Assembly (NCBI GenBank): GCA_016781115.1
Contig: JADDQX010000001.1
Coordinates: 1 to 42,036 of the forward strand
Reading direction: 5' to 3'
Origin: Actinomycetota bacterium
Lineage (GTDB): Bacteria; Actinomycetota; CADDZG01; WHSQ01
DNA: 42,036 nt
The notes under the pieces were generated by a model. The model saw only the letters and a list, made by a program, of their open reading frames with translations, had not been told where the DNA came from and ran no database searches. Positions 28,921 to 36,676 of the stretch are shown one piece after another; the stretch's first letter is position 1; each line of letters opens with the position of its first letter. Both the position numbers and the translations under genes were made by a program.

Positions 28921-28926
28921 CGCCCG

Positions 28927-29532
28927 ATGTTGCTGGACCGTTCTCTGCGCGCGACGATCCGCAACTTCTCGACGCTTTTCTTGGTCGTCTTCATGCTGCT
29001 GGGGCCGCTTCACCTCCTCTACGGCATCGTCTTCCACGACGTCCTCGAGTTGCGGGAGCTTCATCCCGCCATAGAGGGGTTCCCACCGAACCGGTTGGTC
29101 CGAGGGGTTGGTCAAGCTGCTGTTTCCCAAGCTCGGATCTGGTTCTGGGCGCTCGTTGTGGTCGAGGTCGTTGCACTTCCCGTGCTCCTGCGGGCCTGCC
29201 AACGCGTCCTGGCGGCAGACGCCGCGGGCGATGTGCCAACGGCGATCGGCGCGTGGCGATCGCTCCGTACAGAGACGGCGATGACGACGCAAAGCGGCAA
29301 CAAGCTGGGAACGGTTGCGGCTGCGTTGTTGATCGCGGTTGCAAGCGGGACGTTCCTCGAGCTGATCGGGATGTCGCTCGTGAACCTGCTCCCCGACAGC
29401 GTCGCGTTCGCCGCCATCGCGCTGACGCAAGCAACCGCCCGATCCACCCGAGTTGTGTTCTTCCTAGTGCCGCTCGCGCACGTCCTAGCGGCTCGACCGG
29501 GACGCACCCAGCAGGTGCCGGACCTCTTCTAG
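28927..29532 (+). CDS. Hypothetical integral membrane protein
   Basis: A 201-aa ORF with about 4 hydrophobic helices. I recognised no family motif. Confidence 0.65.
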   Translation: MLLDRSLRATIRNFSTLFLVVFMLLGPLHLLYGIVFHDVLELRELHPAIEGFPPNRLVRGVGQAAVSQARIWFWALVVVEVVALPVLLRACQRVLAADAAGDVPTAIGAWRSLRTETAMTTQSGNKLGTVAAALLIAVASGTFLELIGMSLVNLLPDSVAFAAIALTQATARSTRVVFFLVPLAHVLAARPGRTQQVPDLF

Positions 29533-30389
29533 AGCCCCTGGAAGAGATCGTCTTCCGGAAGGTCCTTCTCCACGTGGGTCGCGACCAGCGTGTAGTCCTC
29601 CCACGGGTAGACCTTCCGATGGATCTCGTCGGGGATCGCGAACCAGAAACTGTCGGGATCGATCTGCGTGGCATGGGCCAGCAACGCCTTGGACCGTAGT
29701 TCGATGTAATCGCCCACGTCGATCTGCGTCGTGATCTCGGGATCCTCGAACCCGATTTCGTCCCACTTCTCGAGCCAGCCGATGTACGGGCTTTCGATCC
29801 CCTCGGTGACCGCTGCGTCCGACAGTATCTGCATCCGCTGCTTGCTGAACGTGGCGAAGAAGTACAGCTTCGAAGCTGCCCACGCGGGTCCCGCGTCGGG
29901 GAAGCGATCGGGGTCTGCCGCCGCGACGAAGGCCTCCTTCCCCCACTCGTGGACCTTCACGTGGTCCGGATGCTCGTAACCCCGTGACTCGTCGTACGAC
30001 AACACGACCTCTGGCTTCTCCGCCCGGATGATCTGAACCAGCTTTCCCACGGCTTCGTCGGGATCGGCGTTGCAGAAAGCCGCAGGATGATCGTTCGCGG
30101 GTGATCCGGGCATCCCGGAGTCGCGATAGCCGAGCTGGTAGATCTTCTTCACTCCGAGCAGATCGCACGCGGTTTCAAGTTCGGCTTCGCGCAGTTCCGG
30201 CATCCGCTCCTTGATCCCGGGCTTGTCCATCCGAGGATTGAGGATGTCTCCCTCTTCACCCCTCGTAGCGCAGGCGAGAACGACGCGGACTCCTTCGTCG
30301 GCATAACGAGCCATCGTGGCCGAACCCTTCGATGATTCGTCGTCCGGGTGGGCGTGGATCGCCAACAGGCATCTTTGTTTCTCAGACAC
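29529..30389 (-). CDS. mca: LmbE/PIG-L family metallo-amidase, Mca-like (mycothiol S-conjugate amidase)
   Basis: A 286-aa ORF with the zinc motif AIHAHPDDES, the pattern HPDH, AHATQIDP, and the C-terminal LPEDDLFQG typical of Mca rather than MshB. It has a GTG start. Confidence 0.8.
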   Translation of the reverse strand: MSEKQRCLLAIHAHPDDESSKGSATMARYADEGVRVVLACATRGEEGDILNPRMDKPGIKERMPELREAELETACDLLGVKKIYQLGYRDSGMPGSPANDHPAAFCNADPDEAVGKLVQIIRAEKPEVVLSYDESRGYEHPDHVKVHEWGKEAFVAAADPDRFPDAGPAWAASKLYFFATFSKQRMQILSDAAVTEGIESPYIGWLEKWDEIGFEDPEITTQIDVGDYIELRSKALLAHATQIDPDSFWFAIPDEIHRKVYPWEDYTLVATHVEKDLPEDDLFQGL

Positions 30390-30394
30390 GCTTG

Positions 30395-30401
30395 TAGGCT
30401 A
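30395..30401. promoter_or_regulatory. Overlapping -10-like boxes TAGGCT (plus) and TAGCCT (minus) in a 20-bp divergent spacer
   Basis: TAGCCT (complement of 30396-30401) ends 6 nt before the mca GTG, so position +7 falls on the G at 30389. TAGGCT (30395-30400) ends 9 nt before the ATG at 30410. Confidence 0.4.
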
Positions 30402-30409
30402 CCTGCCGC

Positions 30410-30907
30410 ATGTCTACGCCTCCCACCGGTGATTTCTTCGAGAAGGCGCGCGCCGTCGCAGCGTCCATCCTCTTCGCCTGCGGCGCGGCGGCAGTCGTCG
30501 GCTCGCTCCTCGATTGGGTGACGGTGCGAGCGCAGCCTCCAGACGTTCCGGACGACCAGCTACACCGTCTTCCTCCGTTCAGCGGAATCGAGATCGGCGA
30601 CGGCTGGTACGTGATCGCTGCCGCGGTCGTGGTTCTGGTGTGTGCTTTCTTCATCGTCATCAGAGGTAGATCCCGCTACGCGTGGCTGGCGTTCCTGGGC
30701 TGCATCGTCATAGGGGGAATCTCGATCTCCGACTACCGCGGGATTGAGGAGTTGCATCTCTCTCTAGAGGCGATCGGACGCGACCCGCGTCCCGGACTCG
30801 GACTCACCTTGGTGGCAGCAGCCGGGCTGATCGGGCTCGCCGCGTCCGTCGCGGCGGTCGCCGCATCGCCGTCACAGCCGAACGATCAGAGGCGTTCGAC
30901 GGGATAG
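30410..30907 (+). CDS. Hypothetical integral membrane protein
   Basis: A 165-aa ORF with 4 hydrophobic helices. It is divergent from mca, and its 3' end overlaps the ilvA 3' end by 22 nt. Confidence 0.65.
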   Translation: MSTPPTGDFFEKARAVAASILFACGAAAVVGSLLDWVTVRAQPPDVPDDQLHRLPPFSGIEIGDGWYVIAAAVVVLVCAFFIVIRGRSRYAWLAFLGCIVIGGISISDYRGIEELHLSLEAIGRDPRPGLGLTLVAAAGLIGLAASVAAVAASPSQPNDQRRSTG

Positions 30908-32106
30908 CCGTTGCTCTGGAGCGCGCCGATGAGCTCATCGATATGAGGCGTCCCCTTCGTCTCCAACTGCAGAGCGACCGAGACCTCTCCCACGTGCATC
31001 GCAAGGCCCTCCCGATGGTGCTCGACGCCAACAACGTTGCCGCCAAGCTCCGCCACCAACGCCAGTAGACGAGCCAGCTCCCCCGGGTTGTCGGCGATCC
31101 TCGTCTGGAACGCGAGATAACGCCCTGCCGCGCTCATTCCGAACCGGATCACGCTCAGGAGAAGAAGCGGGTCGATGTTGCCTCCCGACAGGACGACGGC
31201 TACCGGGGGTTTGAGGTCGGCGGCGTTCTGAAGCACCGCGGCGACCCCGGCAGCGCCGGCGGGCTCGAGGACCAGCTTCATCCGCTCGACCGTGAACACC
31301 AACGCCTCGGCGATCGCCTCGTCGGTCACCGTCACGACCTCGTCCACCTGCCGCGCTATATGCGCGAGCGTGAGGTCCCCCGGACGGTTCGCCGCGATCC
31401 CATCCGCGATCGTGGACATCGACTCGAGCGGCACCGGCTCGCCCTTCTCCAACGAAGCGGGGAACGCCGCGGCGCCCGCGGCTTGGACACCGATCATCCG
31501 GATCGACGGCCTGAGCGTTGTGAGGGCGGCGGCCGCTCCGGCCATGAGACCGCCCCCGCCGATCGGAACCACCACTGTCGAAACGTCCGGTAACTGCTCC
31601 GCGATCTCGCAGCCGATCGTGCCCTGCCCTGCGATCACGTGGGGATGGTCGAATGGGTGAACGAAGACGGCTCCGGTCTCTGCAGAGTGCGTTTCCGCCG
31701 CTGCGAACGCGGCCCCGAAGTCCTTGCCGGTCAGCACCACCTTCGCGCCGTAGCGCTTCGTAGCCTCCACCTTCGGAAGGGAAGCGGCGGCGGGCATGAA
31801 GACCGTGGCTGGGAGGCCCGAGAGAGACGCCGCCAGCGCCACTCCCTGCGCGTGGTTGCCGGCGGATGCGGCGACGACCCCGGCGGCGCGCCCGTGATCG
31901 GCGAGCCTGCTGATCCGGTTATAGGCGCCGCGGATCTTGAACGACCCGGTGCGCTGCAGGTTCTCGCACTTGATGAAGACGGGCCCGCCCACGTGGCCGG
32001 ACAATGCGCGGGACCGGTCGAGAGGCGTCTGGACCGCCACTCCCTGAAGGCGCTCGCGGGCGTCGGTGATGTCTGCAAGCTCCACCAGGACCTGAGACGT
32101 TCTCAC
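30886..32106 (-). CDS. ilvA: Threonine ammonia-lyase (PLP-dependent, single C-terminal ACT-like domain)
   Basis: The GTG at 32106 gives VRTSQVLVELADITDARERLQG... The PLP-Lys motif is SFKIRGA and the glycine loop is GGGGL. The upstream 51 codons of ORF 30886..32259 overlap the divergent gene. Confidence 0.88.
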   Translation of the reverse strand: MRTSQVLVELADITDARERLQGVAVQTPLDRSRALSGHVGGPVFIKCENLQRTGSFKIRGAYNRISRLADHGRAAGVVAASAGNHAQGVALAASLSGLPATVFMPAAASLPKVEATKRYGAKVVLTGKDFGAAFAAAETHSAETGAVFVHPFDHPHVIAGQGTIGCEIAEQLPDVSTVVVPIGGGGLMAGAAAALTTLRPSIRMIGVQAAGAAAFPASLEKGEPVPLESMSTIADGIAANRPGDLTLAHIARQVDEVVTVTDEAIAEALVFTVERMKLVLEPAGAAGVAAVLQNAADLKPPVAVVLSGGNIDPLLLLSVIRFGMSAAGRYLAFQTRIADNPGELARLLALVAELGGNVVGVEHHREGLAMHVGEVSVALQLETKGTPHIDELIGALQSNGYPVERL

Positions 32107-32132
32107 AGCCGTATCGTCGCACGTACGCGACG

Positions 32133-33485
32133 ATGGGAGACATGACGAGCACCTGGTCGCCCGGCTCCTGGCGTGATGTGGAGACGGCGCAGCAGCCCGA
32201 ATGGCCCGACGATGCGCATCTTGGATCGACGCTGGAAACGCTGCGCGCCCTCCCCCCACTCGTGTTCGCGGGCGAAGCGAGGAGATTGAAAGAGGCGATG
32301 ACGAAGGTGTCGCGGGGAGAAGCCTTCGTGCTGCAAGCCGGAGATTGTGCCGAATCGTTCGGCGACTTCTCCGCGGATGGGATCAGGGACAAGCTCAAGA
32401 TCATCTTGCAGATGGCGGTCGTCCTCACCTACGCATCGGGCTTACCTGTTGTGAAGATCGGTCGCATCGCAGGGCAGTTCGCGAAGCCGCGAAGCTCCGC
32501 AAGCGAAACGCTCGACGACAAGGTCCTTCCTTCGTTCCGAGGCCACGCGGTGAACGACGCTGCATTCGACGAGGCGTCGCGGCGTGCCGATCCCGACCGC
32601 CTGGTGCGCGCGTATCAACAGTCCGCCTCTACCTTGAACCTGATCCGAGCCTTCACGAAGGGAGGGTTCGCGGATCTCAACCAGGTTCACATGTGGAACC
32701 AGGAGTTCGTAGCCGAGAGCCGGCAGGGCCGGCGATACGAAGCGATGGCTCGCGAGATCGACCGCGCGCTGCGATTCATGGGCGCGTGCGGCGTGGATCT
32801 ATCGGCGGACTCTAGCTTGCACGAGGTCGACCTCTACACCTCGCACGAGGCACTGATCCTGGGTTACGAAGAGGCGCTCACGCGCCAAGACAGTCTCACG
32901 GGAGACTGGTACGACTGCTCCGCTCACATGCTGTGGATCGGCGACCGAACGCGTCAGCTCCAGGGCGGTCACGTGGAGTTCCTATCCGGAGTGGAGAACC
33001 CGATCGCATGCAAGATAGGACCCTCCGCGACGACTGCCGACTTGCTCGCGTTGTGCGAACGTCTCAATCCGCGCAACGAGCCCGGGAGACTCGCCTTCAT
33101 CACGCGCATGGGAAGTGGCTCGATAGAAGAGGCACTCCCTCCGCTGGTGCGGGCGGTGCGCGATTCGGAGATCGAAGTGACCTGGATCTGTGACCCGATG
33201 CACGGCAACACCTTCTCGAGCTCGGGCGGTTACAAGACCCGGCGCTTCGACGACATCCTCGGTGAGATCAAGGGCTTCTTCGCGGTGCACCAGCGAGAGG
33301 GAACCGTCCCTGGAGGGGTTCATCTGGAGCTGACACACCACGCCGTCACCGAATGCCTCGGAGGCTCCGAGGAGATCTTGGACACGCACCTGTCGGAGCG
33401 GTATCAGGCTCTGTGTGACCCTCGCCTCAACGCTCGACAGTCCGTCGATCTCGCGTTCCAGGTCGGCGAGATGCTGCAGGGCTAG
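32133..33485 (+). CDS. aroG: Class II (plant/Mycobacterium-type) 3-deoxy-7-phosphoheptulonate (DAHP) synthase
   Basis: A 450-aa ORF with WSPGSWR...QQPEWPD, LPPLVFAGEAR and AFVLQAGDCAESF signatures. An alternative ATG lies at 32142. Confidence 0.9.
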   Translation: MGDMTSTWSPGSWRDVETAQQPEWPDDAHLGSTLETLRALPPLVFAGEARRLKEAMTKVSRGEAFVLQAGDCAESFGDFSADGIRDKLKIILQMAVVLTYASGLPVVKIGRIAGQFAKPRSSASETLDDKVLPSFRGHAVNDAAFDEASRRADPDRLVRAYQQSASTLNLIRAFTKGGFADLNQVHMWNQEFVAESRQGRRYEAMAREIDRALRFMGACGVDLSADSSLHEVDLYTSHEALILGYEEALTRQDSLTGDWYDCSAHMLWIGDRTRQLQGGHVEFLSGVENPIACKIGPSATTADLLALCERLNPRNEPGRLAFITRMGSGSIEEALPPLVRAVRDSEIEVTWICDPMHGNTFSSSGGYKTRRFDDILGEIKGFFAVHQREGTVPGGVHLELTHHAVTECLGGSEEILDTHLSERYQALCDPRLNARQSVDLAFQVGEMLQG

Positions 33486-33718
33486 GAGCGGAGCTCCCGC
33501 ACCGACCTCAGCACGTCTTCATACTCCGCGTGACGCCCTGTTGTCCTCTTCGAGTGGATCAGGTGACCGTCGACCTCGACCTCGAAGACACCGCCGCGCG
33601 AGGGCACGATCACCAGATCGCTGATGTCTTGCTCGAACTCTTCTAGAAGACGTTCCGTCAGACCGACGGCTTTAGGCGCGTAGCCTCATTGGGCGCAGTA
33701 CTCGATGGAGATCCTCAT
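33482..33718 (-). CDS. SelW/Rdx-family small redox protein with an in-frame TGA at the CxxU position (candidate selenoprotein), absent from the six-frame ORF track
   Basis: I translated it by hand codon by codon: ATG(33718) MRISIEYCAQ-TGA(33688-33686)-GYAPKAVGLTERLLEEFEQDISDLVIVPSRGGVFEVEVDGHLIHSKRTTGRHAEYEDVLRSVRELRS-TAG(33484-33482). That is 79 codons with GC3-rich codon usage on both sides of the TGA. The IEYCxx[C/U] and GG.FEV..DG.L..SK patterns are typical of the Rdx fold. Confidence 0.75.
33643..33675 (-). promoter_or_regulatory. Candidate bacterial SECIS hairpin downstream of the in-frame UGA
   Basis: The RNA is CUAAAG-CCGUC-GGUCU-GACGG-AACGU-CUUCUAG. The upper stem CCGUC/GACGG is capped by GGUCU, and the lower stem is CUAAAG/CUU(C)UAG. 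The loop starts 25 nt from the U of UGA. It shares the GGUC apical loop with the E. coli fdhF SECIS. Confidence 0.55.
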
Positions 33719-33764
33719 AGCCGCAGCTTAGTGGCGCGCAACGCGGTCGCAGGAACCTCACCCC

Positions 33765-34424
33765 TTAGAGCGTGGCTATCCAGGCGGCGACTGCCTCGAT
33801 CGCCTCCTGCAACGCGTCTGCGCTGGTCCTTCCGGAGGATCTGCGCACCGCGAACGAATGATCCCCGTCGTCGATGATGGCAAGCGTCGTGGAGCCGGGG
33901 ATCCCGGCGCGCACGCGTTCTAGCGTCTCCAGCGGGCAGAAGGGGTCCCTCGTTCCCTCCACGAACAACATCGGGACGCGGACCTCGTGGAGATGCGCGT
34001 CCCGGACGCGGTCGGGTCGTCCGGGCGGATGCAGCGGGTAGCCCAGGAAGACGAGCCCGTCGCATGCCGTGCCACCCCGCGGGAGATGCGAGGCGATCCG
34101 GCCCCCCATCGATTTCCCTCCCAGGAAGAGCCGCGTCGGGCTCAGTCGCGAACGCACGTGCTCCACCACGGCGTCGTACGTCTGCTCGAGGATCGGTTGC
34201 CGATCCGGAGCCTTCCGTCCCAGCTCCGCGTAGCGGAAGTTGAAGCGGATCGTCGCGATACCCGAGCGCGCACAACCCTCTGCGAACCTCTTCATGAACG
34301 GGTGGTGCATCCCGGCTCCGGCACCGTGCGCCAGGATCAGAAGATCCGCCGTGGGACTCCCGTCTAGCGCCAGGGAGACGTCGCCTGCAGGAGTCGCGAC
34401 CAGCTCTTCCAGGCCCGAGATCAC
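33765..34424 (-). CDS. Alpha/beta hydrolase (dienelactone-hydrolase/KANL3-like)
   Basis: A 219-aa ORF with the nucleophile elbow GGKSMGG, a later DGDH, and a GTG start. Confidence 0.8.
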   Translation of the reverse strand: MISGLEELVATPAGDVSLALDGSPTADLLILAHGAGAGMHHPFMKRFAEGCARSGIATIRFNFRYAELGRKAPDRQPILEQTYDAVVEHVRSRLSPTRLFLGGKSMGGRIASHLPRGGTACDGLVFLGYPLHPPGRPDRVRDAHLHEVRVPMLFVEGTRDPFCPLETLERVRAGIPGSTTLAIIDDGDHSFAVRRSSGRTSADALQEAIEAVAAWIATL

Positions 34425-34498
34425 GACCTCAACGACCTATACTCCGCGTCGTTTCTGGACCTCATGGACAAGTGCCGACGCTCGAAGGAGGGCACAAG

Positions 34499-36673
34499 GT
34501 GCTCGAGAAGATCCTCATGACGCTCCTCATCCTCGCAACGCTGGGAGCGTTCGCGTCGCGCTCGCGAGACCTGGTGGGGTATCTCCAGCTCGGCAGGGAC
34601 GAGGACAGGAAGCCGAAGGACTCGGGACGCAAGCTCAGGGAGCAGATCGTCGTGGTCTTCGGCCAACGCAAGCTGCTGCAGTGGTCGATCCCCGGGATCA
34701 TGCACTTCTTCATCTTCTGGGGCTTCGTGATCCTCTTCACGACCATCATCGAGGCGTTCGGAGCGGTCTACCAGGAAGGCTTCCACATCCCTTTGATCGG
34801 ACGCTGGGGTCCACTGGGAGCGCTGCAGGATTTCTTCGTCGTCGCCGTCTTGGCGAGCATCGCGGTCGCGTTCATCATCCGGAAGATCCAGCGTCCGGGC
34901 CGTTTCGGGGGGTCGCACCTCAAGGAGGCCGACTACATCCTGGTGGCGATCACCGGCATCATGCTGACGATCCTGCTCGTTCGTGGAGCGGAGATATCCC
35001 TCGGCCACTTCCCCTACGACACGCGCTGGACGCCCGCATCGAACGCCACCGCACAATTGTTCGAGGGTTTCTCGGTCGCCACGCGCGAGGCCCTGGACAC
35101 CGTCTTCCTGTGGTGGCACTCGCTCATCATCCTGGGCTTCCTCGTCTACATCACCTACTCCAAGCACCTCCACATCATCACGGCGGGCTTCAACGTGCTC
35201 TTCACGTCGGAGCGCCCGAAGGGTGCGCTCAAGCCGATGTACATCGACATCGAACAGATGTCCGAAGACGATCAGTTCGGCGCCGGCAAGATCACCGACC
35301 TCACCTGGAAGCAGATCCTCGACGGGATGACGTGCACCGAGTGCGGCCGGTGTCAGTCGCAGTGCCCGGCGTGGAACACCGGCAAGCCGCTGTCTCCCAA
35401 GTTGCTGATCATGGACGAGCGCGACGCGCTGTTCGAGAACGGCCCTGCGCTGCTGAAGGCGAAGCGAACAAGCGAGGAGACCTTCCAGCAGCTGGTCGTG
35501 CAACTCGAGCCGTTGAACCCGACGGTGGTCGAGGACGAGGTGATCTGGGATTGCACCACCTGTGGCGCCTGCGTCCAGGCCTGTCCCGTGAACATCGAGC
35601 ACATCGACCACATCATGGACATGCGGCGCAACCTCGTCATGGGTGAGTCCCGTTTCCCGAAAGAGATGCAGCCCGCGCTGCAGAACCTCGAGAACACCGG
35701 CAACCCGTGGGGTCAGCCACCTCAGGCGCGTCTGGACTGGATGAAGGGGACATCCAAGCAGGAAGAGCTGAAGATCCCTCACATCTCTGAGGCTCCGGAC
35801 GCGGACATCTTGTTCTGGGTTGGTTGCGCCGGTGCCTTCGACGACCGCAACAAGAAGGTCGTCTATGACTTCGCGAAGCTGATGCAGCTCGCGGGGGTGT
35901 CGTTCGCCATCCTCGGCGCGGACGAGGCATGCAACGGTGATCCGGCTCGCCGTATGGGGGCCGAGTACGTGTACCAGATGCTCGCCGAGCAGAACATCGA
36001 GTTGCTCAAGGAGCACAAGGTCAAGAAGATCGTGACGACCTGTCCTCACTGCTTCAACACGCTCTTCAACGAGTATCCCCAGTTCGGCGGCACGTTCGAG
36101 GTCGTGCACCACACGGAGTATCTCGCCGAGCTGGTGGACAAGGGTCGGCTGCGGCCGAAGGGCGAGATCCAGAAGAAGGTCACGTACCACGACCCCTGCT
36201 ACAACGCGCGTCACAACGATGTGTGGAAGGGAGCTCGAGAGGTCATCGAAGCCATCCCCGGCACGGAGTACGGCGAGCTGCACCGGCATGGCCATACGAC
36301 CTTCTGTTGCGGCGCCGGGGGTGGGCGGATGTGGATGGAAGAGCGGATGGGCAAGAAGATGAACATGGAGCGCACCGACGAGGCGCTGGCATCCGCGTCG
36401 GACACGCTGGCAGTGGGGTGCCCATTCTGCAACATCATGCTTGCCGACGGCGTGACGGAGCGCCACTCGGATTCGCAGATGCAGGTGCGCGACGTCGCGC
36501 AGCTGCTGCTGCAATCGATCGAGTTCCATCCGGAGTCGAGCGCGGGCCGCAACGGCGCTGGGAACGGTCACGGGGACGGGCACGGCTACAGCAGCGAAGA
36601 CTTCCCCGCAACCGCGGAACCAGACGAGGTCTCGGGGCAACCGGTGGGTCCGGGGGACCCGCAGACGACCTAA
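34499..36673 (+). CDS. Membrane-anchored Fe-S oxidoreductase: N-terminal polytopic domain, 2x[4Fe-4S] ferredoxin motifs and two CCG (HdrD/GlpC-like) domains
   Basis: The GTG at 34499 (VLEKILMTLL...) lies 7 nt after GGAGG, and the ORF track start at 34472 is also possible. Motifs are CTECGRCQSQCP, CTTCGACVQACP, VGCAGAFD, TCPHCFNT, YHDPCYNARH and FCCGAGGG. Confidence 0.88.
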   Translation: MLEKILMTLLILATLGAFASRSRDLVGYLQLGRDEDRKPKDSGRKLREQIVVVFGQRKLLQWSIPGIMHFFIFWGFVILFTTIIEAFGAVYQEGFHIPLIGRWGPLGALQDFFVVAVLASIAVAFIIRKIQRPGRFGGSHLKEADYILVAITGIMLTILLVRGAEISLGHFPYDTRWTPASNATAQLFEGFSVATREALDTVFLWWHSLIILGFLVYITYSKHLHIITAGFNVLFTSERPKGALKPMYIDIEQMSEDDQFGAGKITDLTWKQILDGMTCTECGRCQSQCPAWNTGKPLSPKLLIMDERDALFENGPALLKAKRTSEETFQQLVVQLEPLNPTVVEDEVIWDCTTCGACVQACPVNIEHIDHIMDMRRNLVMGESRFPKEMQPALQNLENTGNPWGQPPQARLDWMKGTSKQEELKIPHISEAPDADILFWVGCAGAFDDRNKKVVYDFAKLMQLAGVSFAILGADEACNGDPARRMGAEYVYQMLAEQNIELLKEHKVKKIVTTCPHCFNTLFNEYPQFGGTFEVVHHTEYLAELVDKGRLRPKGEIQKKVTYHDPCYNARHNDVWKGAREVIEAIPGTEYGELHRHGHTTFCCGAGGGRMWMEERMGKKMNMERTDEALASASDTLAVGCPFCNIMLADGVTERHSDSQMQVRDVAQLLLQSIEFHPESSAGRNGAGNGHGDGHGYSSEDFPATAEPDEVSGQPVGPGDPQTT

Positions 36674-36676
36674 CCG

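Noticed and set aside
33482-33718. The alternative reading of the SelW-like locus as a pseudogene (TGC to TGA nonsense mutation).
   Set aside because: This is not fully excluded. However, the frame is otherwise intact with preserved codon bias, the TGA is at the one position where Sec is known in this family, and a SECIS-like hairpin follows it. It is therefore kept as a candidate selenoprotein.
34421-36640. A 739-aa ORF on the minus strand, antisense to the Fe-S oxidoreductase gene.
   Set aside because: It is a typical high-GC shadow ORF. The product is Arg/Leu/Val/Asp-rich low-complexity sequence with no family motifs. The plus-strand frame carries unmistakable ferredoxin and CCG-domain motifs.
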